From Macrostomum lignano (taxonomy: Eukaryota): a stretch of DNA of 64,000 bases. The position numbers were made by a program, and so were the translations under genes. The DNA is taken from positions 310,296-374,295 of the forward strand of contig NIVC01000725.1 of assembly GCA_002269645.1 (NCBI GenBank), read 5' to 3'. Shown here one piece after another: positions 1-12,743 of this stretch. Positions within the stretch are counted from its first letter, which is position 1; every line of letters starts with the position of its first letter. The notes beneath the pieces are model-generated. The model did not search any database and had not been told where the DNA came from. It saw nothing but the letters and a program-made list of their open reading frames with translations.

Positions 1-120
1 CTCCATGGTCACTCGTGACTCTCATCTCCATGGTCACTCGTGACTCTCATCTTCATGGTCACTCATGACTCTCATCTTCATGGTCACTCATGACTCTCAT
101 CTCCATGGTCACTCATGACT
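1..120. repeat. 25-bp minisatellite (CTYCATGGTCACTCRTGACTCTCAT), intronic to TMEM87
   Basis: About 5 tandem units read directly; runs off the window start. Confidence 0.9.
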
Positions 121-134
121 CTTTAATCTGTTAT

Positions 135-956
135 CAAAGATCCTAACTTTCTCATCGAACATCCCAAATTTCTCATTAAAGATCCCAACTTTCTCATCAA
201 AGATCCCAACTTTCTCATCGAACATCCCAACTTTCTCATCAAATATCCCAACTTTCTCATCGAACATCCCAACTTTCTCATCAAATATCCCAACTTTCTC
301 ATCAAAGATCCCAGCTTTCTCATCAAATATCCCAACTTTCTCATCAAATATCCCAACTTTCTCATCAAATATCCCAACTTTCTCATCAAAGATCCCAACT
401 TTCTCATCAAATATCCCAACTTTCTCATCAAATATCCCAACTTTCTCATCAAAGATCCTAACTTTCTCATCAAATATCCCAACTTTCTCATCAAATATCC
501 CAACTTTCTCATCAAAGATCCTAACTTTCTCATCAAATATCCCAACTTTCTCATCAAATATCCCAACTTTCTCATCAAATATCCCAACTTTCTCATCAAA
601 GATCCCAACTTTCTCATCAAATATCCCAACTTTCTCATCAAATATCCCAACTTTCTCATCAAAGATCCTAACTTTCTCATCAAATATCCCAACTTTCTCA
701 TCAAATATCCCAACTTTCTCATCAAAGATCCCAGCTTTCTTATCAAATATCCCAACTTTCTCATCAAATATCCCAACTTTCTCATCAAATATCCCAACTT
801 TCTCATCAAATATCCCAACTTTCTCATCAAAGATCCCAACTTTCTCATCAAAGATCCCAACTTTCTCATCAAATATCCCAACTTTCTCATCAAATATCCC
901 AACTTTCTCATCAAATATCCCAACTTTCTCATCAAATATCCTAACTTTCTCATCAA
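135..956. repeat. 21-bp minisatellite (ATCAAATATCCCAACTTTCTC), intronic
   Basis: About 39 near-identical units; explains the periodic FDEKVGI/MRKLGYL ORFs; ends about 20 nt before the acceptor at 977. Confidence 0.97.
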
Positions 957-977
957 ACTTGAAAGTTATAAGCTTAG

Positions 978-3910
978 AAATGCTCGCCAACCTTCCGCAG
1001 CCCCGGCCACCACGCCCGCCCCTCCAGCCGGAAAAGCGGGCCTAATAACTCGCACCTGGGAAGACGGCATCTACCTATTAGTACTGCACGCCTACGAGTG
1101 CAACACCGCTAGTCTGCCAAACAATTTTCAAGTTCGAGCTCGCGTTGAAATTGTCAACAGGTTTGGCTATTTGTCCGCTATTGACTGGCCCCTGCTGCCG
1201 TTCTTCGGCTCAATGTGCCTGCTGTATCTGCTGTTCGGCCTGCTCTGGCTCGGCCTGTGCGCCAAGTATTGGCGAGAAATGCTGCGCATCCAGTTTTGCA
1301 TATCGGGCGTTATCTTTCTGGGCATGCTGGAGAAGGCCCTGTTCTATGCCGAATATCAGAGTATTAATAGCACTGGGGTGAGTTTAGCTTTGTATCAGTT
1401 CTCCTTACTCTGACCCGTAATTTATAATACCCATCGTTGGCACCACTCTGACCCATTGCTGACCCAAGCTGACCCATCGTTGGCACCACTCTGACCCATT
1501 GCTGACCCAAGCTGACCCATCATTAGCACCACTCTGACCCATTGCTGACCCAAGCTGACCCATCGTTGGCACCACTCTGACCCATTGCTGACCCAAGCTG
1601 ACCCATCATTAGCACCACTCTGACCCATTGCTGACCCAAGCTGACCCATCATTAGCACCACTCTGACCCATTGCTGACCAAAGCTGACCCATCATTAGCA
1701 CCACTCTGACCCATTGCTGACCAAAGCTGACCCATAATAAGCACCACTCTGACCCATTGCTGACCAAAGCTGACCCATCGTTAGCACCACTCTGACCCAT
1801 TGCTGACCCAAGCTGACCCATCATAAGCACCACTCTGACCCATTGCTGACCCAAGCTGATCCATTATCGCCAACACTCTGACCCATCAGTGACCCAAGCT
1901 GATCCATTATCGCCAGCACTCTGACCCATTATTCATCATGGGTGACCTGTATGCGGCAGTCAATCACGCATAAATCAATCGCTCAAATCTCGCTCAGGTC
2001 AGCGTACGCGGAGCCGTCATGCTAGCTGAGCTGGTGTCCTGCGTGAAGCGTTCGGTCGCTCGCATGCTGGTCCTGATAGTCTGCCTGGGCTATGGCATTG
2101 TGAAACCCCGGCTAGGCCAGCTGCAGCACAAGGTGATTGCAATCGGACTCGTTTACTTCATCTTCTCAGCCGTTGAGAGCTCCATCAGAGCCATGCGACC
2201 GCGGTTTGATCAGTCGCGTAACGCCTTCTACGCCACCATCCCCCTGGCCGTGACCGACGCCATCATCTGCTGGTGGATCTTCAGCTCGCTGGTGCAGACA
2301 ATTCGCAACCTGCGAGTTCGGCGCAACCTGGTGAAGTTGTCTCTGTACAGGCATTTCACCAATACCTTGGTGTTCTGCGTTGTCTGCTCCGTTGTGTTCA
2401 TGACCTGGACTGTTAGCAGGCATAAATTCGCGCTCTGCATTGCCGCCTGGCGAGAGCTTTGGATTGATGACGCATTCTGGCATCTGCTGTTCTCCGTCAT
2501 ACTGTTTGTTATTATCATTCTGTGGCGGCCTTCGCAGAATAACCAGCGATACGCGTTCACTCCGCTGCTGGATGCTGGAAATGATAGCGATGAGGATGAG
2601 GAGGTGAGGGCGCTGATGACGGATCTAAAATAACCACGTTATGAAATATCCCATCAATCTGTAGTTATGAAAAATCCCATAAATCTGTAGTTATGAAATA
2701 TCCCATCAATCTGTAGTTATGAAATATCCCATAAATCTGTAGTTATGAAACATCCCATAAATCTGTAGTTATGAAAAATCCCATCAATCTGTAGTTATGA
2801 AATATCCCATCAATCTGTAGTTATGAAAAATCCCATAAATCTGTAGTTATGAAATATCCCATCAATCTGTAGTTATGAAATATCCCATAAATCTGTAGTT
2901 ATGAAATATCCCATCAATCTGTAGTTATGAAAAATCCCATCAATCTGTAGTTATGAAATATCCCATCAATCTGTAGTTATGAAATATCCCATAAATCTGT
3001 AGTTATGAAATATCCCATCAATCTGTAGTTATGAAATATCCCATAAATCCGTAGTTATGAAATATCCCATCAATCTGTAGTTATGAAACATCCCATAAAA
3101 TCTGTAGTTATGAAAAATCCCATCAATCTGTAGTTATGAAATATCCCATAAATCTGTAGTTATGAAATATCCCATCAATCTGTAGTTATGAAAAATCCCA
3201 TCAATCTGTAGTTATGAAATATCCCATCAATCTGTAGTTATGAAACATCCCATAAAATCTGTAGTTATGAAAAATCCCATCAATCTGTAGTTATGAAATA
3301 TCCCATCAATCTGTAGTTATGAAATATCCCATCAATCTGTAGTTATGAAATATCCCATAAATCTGTAGTTATGAAATATCCCATCAATCTGTAGTTATGA
3401 AACATCCCATAAAATCTGTAGTTATGAAATATCCCATCAATCTGTAGTTATGAAACATCCCATAAAATCTGTAGTTATGAAATATCCCATCAATCTGTAG
3501 TTATGAAATATCCCATTAATCTGTAGTTATGAAATATCCCATAAATGTGTAGTTACGAAATATCCCATAAATCTGTATTTATGAAATATCCCATACATCA
3601 ATAGTTATTAAATCTAATAAATTAGAAATTTCAATTTTTAAGACATCCCAGCAATCTAATTTCAACCTCCCAATACCAGGTGGTGATGGACAACCTGGCC
3701 GAAGGTGTCAAAGCTCGAGGCTCGGGCGCTTCTGCCCAGCAACAGCAGCAGCAGCAGCGATCTCGCCAGTCTAGCAAAGGCGAGGACAGTCTACGCTGGG
3801 TAGAAGAGAACATACCGCAGTCTCTGGTTGAAAGCACTCTGCCCTCGCTGCTTCAAGACAGCGACGAGGAAGTACTGACTACTAAATACGAGATGTCGAA
3901 GCTGCTGTAA
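978..3910 (+). CDS. TMEM87: TMEM87A/B-like seven-TM (lung seven TM receptor family) protein, 3' part; exons 978-1377, 1998-2603, 3680-3910
   Basis: Spliced translation GYLSAIDWPLLPFF...RIQFCISGVIFLGMLEKALFYAE...LAELVSCVKRSVARMLVLIVCLGYGIVKPRLG...RELWIDDAFW...LWRPSQNNQRYAFTPL...LRWVEENIP...DSDEE matches hallmark TMEM87 motifs; GT-AG sites with consistent phase 0; 5' exons lie upstream of the window. Confidence 0.93.
1425..1930. repeat. 43-bp minisatellite (ACCACTCTGACCCATTGCTGACCCAAGCTGACCCATCRTTRGC) filling a TMEM87 intron
   Basis: About 11 tandem units inside intron 1378-1997. Confidence 0.95.
2637..3600. repeat. 26-bp minisatellite (GTTATGAAATATCCCATCAATCTGTA) filling a TMEM87 intron
   Basis: About 36 tandem units inside intron 2604-3679. 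Confidence 0.96.
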
Positions 3911-4054
3911 TTGAAATACTAATTGCGTAACTAGATGTGTGATTTTCTGGGTTTCTTGTGGTGTCACTTAGAAGTTGTTTTATTTATTTATAGAACCTGT
4001 CTGAAAATTTGAAGTTACGAGGCTATATACATTCTTACGAAATATCCAGATCTA

Positions 4055-4615
4055 AGGTTAAAATCCAGGTGCCAGGTATAATTTTCAGGTGCCCAGGTAT
4101 AATATTCAGGTGCCCAGGTATAATATTCAAATGCCCAGGTATAATATCCAGGTGCCAGGTATAGTATTAAGGTGCCTGGTATAATATCCAGGTGCCCAGG
4201 TATAATATCCAGGTGCCCAGGTATAATATCCAGGTGCCAGGTATAATATCCAGGTGCCAGGTATAATATCCAGGTGCCCAGGTATAAAATCCTGGTGCCC
4301 AGGTATAAAATCCAGGTGCCCAGGTATAAAATCCTGGTGCCCAGGTATAAAATCCAGGTGCCCAGCTATAGAATCCTGGTGCCCAGGTATAAAATCCAGG
4401 TGCCCAGGTATAAACTCCAGGTGCCCAGGTATAAAATCCTGGTGCCCAGGTATAAAATCCAGGTGCCCAGGTATAAAATCCAGGTGCCCAGCTATAGAAT
4501 CCTGGTGCCCAGGTATAAAATCCAGGTGCCCAGCTATAGAATCCTGGTGCCCAGGTATAATATCCAGGTGCCCAGGTATAAACTCCAGGTGCCCAGGTAT
4601 AAAATCCAAGTGGCA
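4055..4615. repeat. 21-bp minisatellite (CCAGGTGCCCAGGTATAAAAT)
   Basis: About 26 units just downstream of the TMEM87 stop codon. Confidence 0.95.
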
Positions 4616-5298
4616 TTAAATTATTGCATCTGAGTATCGAACTAATGATCTATTTCTTGGCTGGAAAAGTTCGCGAGCAACAAGTATCTTAATAATATAT
4701 TTATTAACAATTTTAATTTCACTTTGCTAAGCAACTGATATGGATAAAATGTCTATTCATAAGTTATTATTTACTCAGCCGAAAAAAACTTTTTTCTGCC
4801 CAAGTAGTTTCTTTTGTAGTACCTTTTCGTCTTCAATTTTTTGCACTATTAGTTATCCTGGAGGCTAGAATGTATGCATGGTTTACTTTTCATTTTCATT
4901 TATTCACCTGTGTTAAATCAATTTTCTGATATAATAAGTGCTAATTTTTATCATTCAAAATACTTCTCGTACTATACCCAATCGATGCGACTACTATGAG
5001 TAGGAATAAGCGGACTTTTTAATGTTACACTCGTATTGTATTGAAAAAAAATATGTATACACATTTCAATGATGCCTTGGTGAGTAGTATATTTTGCGTT
5101 TTTTATATAAGTTTCATTCCATGACCAATGCGGTTTGATGTTGTTAATTTAAGTATGCTTTCTGTGTTATTCTTGTATATTAAATATAGTAACTAGTAAC
5201 TTTCTGTCTGTCTACAGGCATCCTCAGGCAGTCGAATGTGAGTAATAATATGAACTATTTCTGCTGGAACAAACTGAGATATTATATTGTAGCATTGT

Positions 5299-5537
5299 GC
5301 CGTATGCAGAAGCTCTGCCTAGGGTAGTCCGGTCTTGAAAAGCTAGTCTGGACTTGGATTTGGTTGTTTAGTTCGGCGATGCAGTTTCAATTTCGGCCTG
5401 GTTTTCATTTTGTTATTTCTAAAAGATTGATTAAGAGTTATTTTTAGCTACAGAACTAGGGTAGCTAGACCATAGACTATAGACTGAACTACCCAAGTCC
5501 GGACTAGCTAGTCTGGACTAGGCTTTCTGCATACGGC
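5299..5537. mobile_element. MITE-like inverted-repeat element
   Basis: Terminal inverted repeats GCCGTATGCAGAA...TTCTGCATACGGC with internal AGTCCGG/CTAG sub-repeats; CATTGT occurs on both flanks (offset by 1 nt on the right). Confidence 0.65.
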
Positions 5538-5904
5538 CCATTGTCCCAGCCAGTTGTTGGCCTGGCTAGGGGCAAGCAATTCAATCCTTTTCATTGTCTA
5601 TGGCCCAACCTCTGAACTTGGCTGCTCCACAGACCTTTTCTTATGGCCATAAACAATTATCCCAAAGGCTTGGAAAACTCTGTAGTAATGATCCACACAT
5701 TAATTTTGCCTATCTTACTACCTGCGTGTCAGCGGGTAAAATGATGATATTTAAGTGTTTTTTAAAACCCTGATAAGTTCCTCTTTTTAAGCTTGCCTAG
5801 TTCCGCGATGCAGTTTTAATTTCGGCCTGGTTTTCATTTTGTTATTTTTTAAAGAAACCTCTAACAGACCCATTGCAAACTGAGCAAGTTTTTGTCATTG
5901 CAAC

Positions 5905-6100
5905 TCTTAGCTACTAACTCAAGTAGTCTAGAAAGAGTTGTTATAAATGCGAAATGCGATTATAATTTATAAATTGACGCAGATGCGGTCTGGACAGAAT
6001 TCAATTATTGCACGCCTCAGATACGAATCTACGGCCCCTGAGTCGCTTCAGAGTCGCAGATAAAGAACGCCTCAAATTGACTTTTTGGCGACTTCTACCA
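5905..6100 (+). repeat. Dispersed repeat, second copy at about 20525-20725
   Basis: Shared blocks CTACTAACTCAAG, AAATGCGAAATGCGATT, GATACGAATCTACGGCCCCTGAGTCG and AACGCCTCAAATTGACT.TTTGGCGACTT. Confidence 0.8.
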
Positions 6101-7699
6101 CGACATCTCGTTTTTGAATCGTCTAGATTCACTTCTTTCCTATTATTTTTACCTATGCTACCTACAGCGACTCTGTGGTTGACTCTGGGATGCTTCTTGG
6201 CCTCGGTACCGTTTTCATTGGGAGAAACGAGACTGTTGCATTCGATCCGCAGTCTATAGCCTTGCTTATTGAATTTTGAACTGTATTTTTCCTTCTGTTT
6301 TTCTCGGTATAATACCAATATTTTTGCTTTTCTTTGTTGTCAGTTGTTGTTATTTTATTACTACTTGTTTGCTTCTCTGTCTGTAACTAGCTTAAATGTA
6401 CAAGACCCGGAGTTTTTTCTTTTTAGTAACTTGCTGGATTCATTTATTCGGGCTTTTTAAACTCGTGTTTAGTGAATATTTCTGTCTTGTTTCACTGTAG
6501 TTGTGCGGTTCGGTAAAAACACATTCTATTTATTTATGGACAAATATGTGTAGCTTGCTACTCAGCGTCTTAAACTTGACGATATAATAAATATAACCGA
6601 CTCACCGTATCTCAATAGAAAAAGGCAAACCTGTGACTCTCTTCAATACTGTCACTAAACAGAATTATTATTTATATGTTATTGTTTTGTAAAAAATATT
6701 ATTATCTTTGTTATTAAAATGGGGCTATTTATGGGCTTAAGGCTCGTTCACACTGTCGTCAAATGAGCCACCAAATCGCAGTCCAATGTACTAGTTGTAG
6801 GACCCGGAGGTGGGGTGGGGCAGGCCTAAGGCGGATCCCGGTAGGCTGGAACATTTTGAGGTTTTTATAAGTGTCCATGACTCTGGGATGTGTCCACAGT
6901 TAAAGGGCTCGCGTGTGGTGCGTGACACGCGATGTTGGATAGGGTTGGATCTAGTGTTTTGAGTGGTTAAGAAGACAGGATGAGTTTCTGGCGAACGGTC
7001 CGGTTTCCTTGCAATTTTCGAGTAGAGTAGACTAGAGCTTGAGAGTAGAAAATATTGTACATTTAAGCTTAAGTGAAAAACCGGCTGGCGGAGAAAAGGA
7101 GGGAAGGAAAAGAGGGGACAGGGGGACGGCACCGGCCCGCTAGCCAATCACAAGCCGCCGCCGTGGGGAGGGGCTATAAGGCAGAGAGAGAGCGTAGGCC
7201 AGGCCAGGGTTGAGGCGTGAACCCCCAAACCCGGCCTGACCTAGCCGGGCCAATCAGAGCGCGGGATAGACTGCATATAGCACAAAAAAACCAAAGTAGA
7301 TGTCAACTTAAGCCCGAAGTTTAGCTCCGGACAAAACCGACTTGCAAGTGAAAACTTTCCAAACTTCCGAGCCATGCAGCTGCGAGCCAGAAACGCCAGT
7401 TGCAGCAAACGCAAATAGTGAGATGAAATTGGCTGTGACACTTTCGAAGCAACAGTTTTGTCCGGGCTTCACTCATTCCGGCTCTTAAGAGCGCCAGTTG
7501 ACCTCCCTTTTTCGTCTGTTTGTTACATCAGGAAAGAAAACTCCTCCAGAGTCTGCATTGGAGTTTTTATCGCGTTATCGAAAAATAACAAATTTATTCT
7601 TTCTATGCAATTTAAAGTTAGTAAATTTTTGTCCTTGACTCCTTGGGTAGCGTTGTGATTTTTTATCATTTAATGTCAGAAACAAGTTCATCTGTCATC

Positions 7700-9394
7700 T
7701 CAGCGAACCAGCTGTGTTTCAATGCATCTGCTGTTGCTGCCTCCTGTGCCGCCGCCGCCGCCGCTTCTGCTGCTGCTACGGTTAGCTTTGGTCAAAGGAA
7801 AATGCCAGAACAGCAGGCGAGCGAATAGTTCTAGAAATTCAAACGTACTAATGATTGATACTCCGAGCCAGAGGCCGAGAATGCCTCCAATGTCCGACGC
7901 CAGATTTCGGTCCGGATAGGCCCAGCTCTCGCGCATCACACTGCCCATTGTAGAATGGGTATAGATTGTCAGTTTGGCGAACGACTCTCTAAAGGCTGGC
8001 TCTCGGTGCTCGTCGGACATTCGACGCTGAATCTCCACCAAGGTGGTCAAATCGTCGCCCTGTTCAGCGGCAAGTGCGATTGTCCGCTCGACGGCTTCGG
8101 CCAGGGCCTGGCTGGTCTCGTTGCAGGCGCTCGGCCAACGGTTCTGCGTGAAGCGCATCTCGTAGCGCACGTTTTTGCAGCGCAGCGGGCAAACGTCCGG
8201 GGCTAGGCCAGACGTCTTCTTGTGAATCTCGCTGACTACGGAATCGTGACAGGCCCTCCGGTGCTCGGCGGCTTGGTTGCGCTCGATTGCCGCCTCGGCC
8301 TCGGTGGCCGCCTGCTGGTCGATGCTCTCCATGAGGCTCTCCCGGCTAATGCTGTGGCAGAACGGCACGCTCAGATTAGAATTCAGATTGGCTGGCAGCG
8401 GCAGAGCCTCCGAAACGCAGGAACAGTTAGTGCGCAAGTAGGTTTGGTAAGTGTTGACGAGGCAGTCCCTGATAGTGTACCTGTACTCAGTGATTCGGTT
8501 ATACCTGTCGACAAACTTCACCGTTTGAAAGTTAGCATCAAGCGAGCAGTTTTTCAGCACGACCTCCTCCGTGTAGCCCAGCTGTACATAGGTGCTGGTG
8601 TCTCTCTGCACGTAGAAGCCTTCCAGTAGTTCGGGCCGAGTGCCCGGTTCGTGGATGACCGCGCGGAATCCTTCGGAGTAGCTAAGTGACTCCTCACCTG
8701 TAATAAAATTCTTCACGTCGCCGACGTACATGATGACGTTTAGGCCGCCGTCTCGCTCGCCGCCGACAATGAGGTGCCGCTCGGTTGGCGCAAACGTGTA
8801 ACAGCTGAAATAGTTCGGGTCTACGTAGAGGCTGAAGTTTCTATACGAGCAGCTGTCTCCGGCAAAGTCGCAGTGCAGAATCATCTCCTGCCGTTGCTTA
8901 GTAATGTTCAACTCACGTAGGTAGGACTTTATCGAGTGCATCACGTCGGCGTTAATGCTGATATTTGTGTCGGCGTTCTCTCCCGGATCCCAGAAGGTGC
9001 GAATATGATGCAGCAGCTCGTGAGTGCTAATGTTCAAACTAGGAACCGGCGGATTCTGCTGATAGCGCAATCGGCTGAAGTGACTCGTAGCGCAGATTGT
9101 CACGTCGGGGAAGACAAATTTTGTACCGTAAACGCTGGTCTCCGTGTTGACTGGCCGCTCCAAGTAGCGACTGAACAAGGCGAACAAGTGAGCGGTGAAG
9201 CCGGCTCCGGCTGCTAGGATGATAAACAGCCAAGCCGCTCTGTGCAGCGCGCCTTCGCCGTTTTCCACAATCTTGTGAAAGCCGTGCGCTGAGGTGCTGT
9301 CGCAGAATTGTCTAATCAGCTTCCTTCTACCGCCGACAATGCTGTCGGGTGTGGTTCGGTTTTCTCGGCTTCGTCTGGCTTGGATTTCTGGCAT
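7700..9394 (-). CDS. Degenerin/ENaC-family ion channel subunit, intronless, FaNaC-like TM2
   Basis: FCDSTSAHG pre-TM1 motif, FPDVTIC, CxFAGxxC, Cys-rich thumb, TM2 ASDIGGILGLWLGVSIISTFEF; first ATG at 9394 (the ORF track starts at an upstream TTG, 9460). Confidence 0.93.
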   Translation of the reverse strand: MPEIQARRSRENRTTPDSIVGGRRKLIRQFCDSTSAHGFHKIVENGEGALHRAAWLFIILAAGAGFTAHLFALFSRYLERPVNTETSVYGTKFVFPDVTICATSHFSRLRYQQNPPVPSLNISTHELLHHIRTFWDPGENADTNISINADVMHSIKSYLRELNITKQRQEMILHCDFAGDSCSYRNFSLYVDPNYFSCYTFAPTERHLIVGGERDGGLNVIMYVGDVKNFITGEESLSYSEGFRAVIHEPGTRPELLEGFYVQRDTSTYVQLGYTEEVVLKNCSLDANFQTVKFVDRYNRITEYRYTIRDCLVNTYQTYLRTNCSCVSEALPLPANLNSNLSVPFCHSISRESLMESIDQQAATEAEAAIERNQAAEHRRACHDSVVSEIHKKTSGLAPDVCPLRCKNVRYEMRFTQNRWPSACNETSQALAEAVERTIALAAEQGDDLTTLVEIQRRMSDEHREPAFRESFAKLTIYTHSTMGSVMRESWAYPDRNLASDIGGILGLWLGVSIISTFEFLELFARLLFWHFPLTKANRSSSRSGGGGGTGGSNSRCIETQLVR

Positions 9395-10434
9395 TGCTTC
9401 TGCACTCCTGTAGCTGACTGTCGGCAGGGAAGAAGTCGCCTTTCCAAAATCAAAACTCAAATCGAACCAATTTATTAAGCTCCAGTAGATTAATGGCTAA
9501 ATCTATATAGCTATTCGTCCATTGGCTCTGACTTTGAGCACCAATAGCTGCGATTAGCATTTTTGATCCTTCGTTTATTCACATAGATTCAGTTCAGAAA
9601 TAGCTACTCACGATTTAAATAGGACACTGAGGTTTCTTTCCTCTTTCCTTCTCTGTTAAAGCCTGATAAAGAGATGCTATATCCGCATGCTCAGGGTGGG
9701 TGGCTTTACTGTGCCCAGATGTAGTCTATTGGATGCAATGGACTGTTACTACTCATAACTGGTCTTTAAACTCTTTGGCATGTTTTGGAAAGTAGATAAA
9801 ACATACAAAAACATACAAAGTATAAAGAGTAACAAGACAATTGTTTAAAATGGTCTTGATAGCTATAGCTATAATGCACAGGCTATTTCTCAAAAACATT
9901 AATCCTTCATTTCTTCCACATTTGTTAAAAAAGTGTTTTGTGTTATCTTGTCAAGGAACTAAAGCGAAGCAACGTACTGGGGCCGTTTAATATTTTTACG
10001 GAGTATTTTAGTGTCAGTACCAGCGTGTGGATGCCTCAGCAGTATCCTGCAGCGCAGTGTCTGTCTGTCGGCAAAGTTAAAGCAAATACAGCTCTTGTAT
10101 AGCTTGACGCTATAAAGTTTATCAGCTGCAGACATCCGATTCTCAATAATTGATTCTCCAAACTCATACTCAAAGCTAATTTATAGTGCTATATGGCTGA
10201 AATAGAATATAAGCTATCGTAATTCAACTATCCAATGCAGGTGCCACAGTGCTTTCAAGGCAATTTTTCCGTTATGCTAAGAGGCAGGTAGCTGTTGTAC
10301 AGCTAAGATATTTTTATTCATATTTTTGCTGAATTTCTGCAAATATTTGATAACCTTCAATTCAAACCTATTAGAATTCTTAAATTAGCAGTTTGAGCAC
10401 GAGTCAATGTATGCTTTATGAATTTACTGAAGGG

Positions 10435-10575
10435 TATGCAATGAGTGCTGAATCACATGCAATGAGTGCTGAATCGGGTGCAATGGGTGCTGAGTCGGAT
10501 GCAATGGGTGCTGAATCGGGTGCAATGGGTGCTGAATCGGATGCAATGAGTGCTGAGTCGGATGCAATGGGTGCA
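10435..10575. repeat. Short 21-bp minisatellite (GAATCGGATGCAATGRGTGCT)
   Basis: About 6 tandem units. Confidence 0.85.
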
Positions 10576-10928
10576 AATCCTTAATTATGTATGGTTTTCA
10601 AGCAAAAAGCATGCGTTTACGCGATCTGCCGATAAAAAAATTCGACTCACTTTTACAGCACCATGCAGTGGCCGTGCAATTCCTCCCTGCCGCTCTGGAT
10701 AATAAAATGCTCGCTTAGCCAGAATTCTGCCCAATCACCCCTTCATGCTTCGCGTACATTTATGGCTGTTCAAATGAACGAATCCAGACTTCTCTTGGGT
10801 TTGATTTTAAAATTGAACTTTCTCTCGCGCTGCGCGGTTGCAATCAAATTAATTGGCTAAAGGAGATTTGCTCAAGCTTCCCAGCAGATTTACAGAATTC
10901 AGTCCTACTTGCATGTAGTACTAGCTAT

Positions 10929-11884
10929 CAGGGGCGTCGCCATTGGGGGGGGGCAGGGGGGACATGTCCCTCCCAGTAAAAGCTATGGGGGACATGCCAA
11001 TGCTTTGTCCCCCCACCCTTATGACCCGTTATGGAAATCAATAATTTTGCTTCAGGGCGACAAAATATAGCGCTTCGGCGTCAAAATGAGTGCCTGCGGC
11101 GCCAAAATGAGTGCCTGCGGCGCCAAAATGAATGCCTGCGGCGCTAAAATAACTGCCTTTCTGCGGCGCCAAAATGAGTGCCTGCGGCGCCAAAATGAGT
11201 GCCTTCCTACGGCGCCAAAATGAGTGCCTGTGGCGCCAAAATGAGTGCCTGCGGCGCCAAAATGAGTGCCTTCCTGCGGCGCCAAAATGAGTGCCTGCGG
11301 CGCCAAAATGAGTGCCTGCGGCGCCAAAATGAGTGCCTGTGGCGCCAAAATGAGTGCCTGCGGCGCCAAAATGAGTGCCTGTGGCGCCAAAATGAGTGCC
11401 TGCGGCGCCAAAATGAGTGCCTTCCTGCGGCGCCAAAATGAGTGCCTGCGGCGCCAAAATGAGTGCCTTCCTACGGCGCCAAAATGAGTGCCTTCCTACG
11501 GCGCCAAAATGAGTGCCTTCCTACGGCGCCAAAATGAGTGCCTGCGGCGCCAAAATGAGTGCCTGCGGCGCCAAAATGAGTGCCTGCGGCGCCAAAATGA
11601 GTGCCTGCGGCGCCAAAATGAGTGCCTTCCTGCGGCGCCAAAATGAGTGCATGCGGCGCCAAAATGAGTGCCTACGGCGCCAAAATGAGTGCCTGTGGCG
11701 CCAAAATGAGTGCCTGCGGCGCCAAAATGAGTGCCTTCCTGCGGCGCCAAAATGAGTGCCTGCGGCGCCAAAATGAGTGCCTGCGGTGCTAAAATGAGCG
11801 CTGACAACACCGATTCTGTAAGTAATGTACATGTAGAATTATTAGCTTTGTCGCCCCACTATAAAATCTATGGCGACGCACCTG
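10929..11884. mobile_element. Non-autonomous TIR element with a 4-bp TSD (CTAT) carrying an internal 21-bp minisatellite (about 11075-11800)
   Basis: TIRs CAGGGGCGTCGCCAT / ATGGCGACGCACCTG; CTAT directly flanks both ends; internal unit GCGGCGCCAAAATGAGTGCCT with 25-bp variants. Confidence 0.8.
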
Positions 11885-12743
11885 CTATAGCATGCACTGG
11901 TTTAAAATCAAGCCTGCTATGTGCTCTTACAGTAAAGTGCGGTTACTGCGTAATACATGAGATCCTGATCTTGATATCGACATGTACCATGAAAATCACA
12001 TGGCTCTAAATTTGTGACGAGTCTATTATTGGGAGAACTTTCTTTCAATGCTTGATTATGCAAATTATTTGTAGACGAGATATATACATTATGATTGGTT
12101 AGATTTTAGCCGCTGAGATTTCACTATTTTTTGCCATGATTAGCTTTTTGCTACTATAGGGGCAATTGCTATAAAATTTATGCTAACGCAATTTAGTACG
12201 CGGCGCGGCTGCAGATCCTCGCCGGACGCTAGGAACCCATGCCGATCGAAAATTAATGCTACTAAATTTATATTTTAATTTAATTCATGTACCAAAGGTC
12301 AGTTTTGTACAAAATGCATTGAACATAGACAACACCGTAAGTGCAGTGGAAAGCTTTGATTCATTTCTTCTAAGCAACGACATAAAGCAAGCAGTTTGAA
12401 ACAAAAAAATACATTGACTCGAGTCGATAACTACATGTACAAGAGCCACAGAAAAGTGTTTAAAGTACATGTACATTAGCATATAATGCGTTTGTTTTCG
12501 AATACGTGCTGATTCGCTCATTTCTGCCCTCAACAGCCTAACTGTATTAGTATTGTAGCCAATCTAAGCCTGCCATTCTATGGTCCAATTCCATTTGAAG
12601 TAAGCTATTGGCTTCATTTCTCGCCCGCTTCTTCTTCACTTGTCTATGGCCTAAGCACTCGAGACCTGTCATATTAAGTCATGTTGAAGTCATGTTAGAA
12701 AGAAAAATCCATCGTGTTTTTATTCCTTTACTGTTTGTCGAAT

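Noticed and set aside
109-990. Long periodic ORFs (FDEKVGI, MRKLGYL) and all similar repeat ORFs (IPGHLDF, APQALIL, PSGIAPKI, GYGVWDFW, IHRDSQRF, GDACYL etc.)
   Set aside because: They are translations of tandem arrays, open in several frames, mostly inside introns of real genes.
6796-7440. Solo LTR (TG...CA on the minus strand, CCAAT boxes, TATA-like motif)
   Set aside because: No matching TSD and no second copy in the window; left unassigned.
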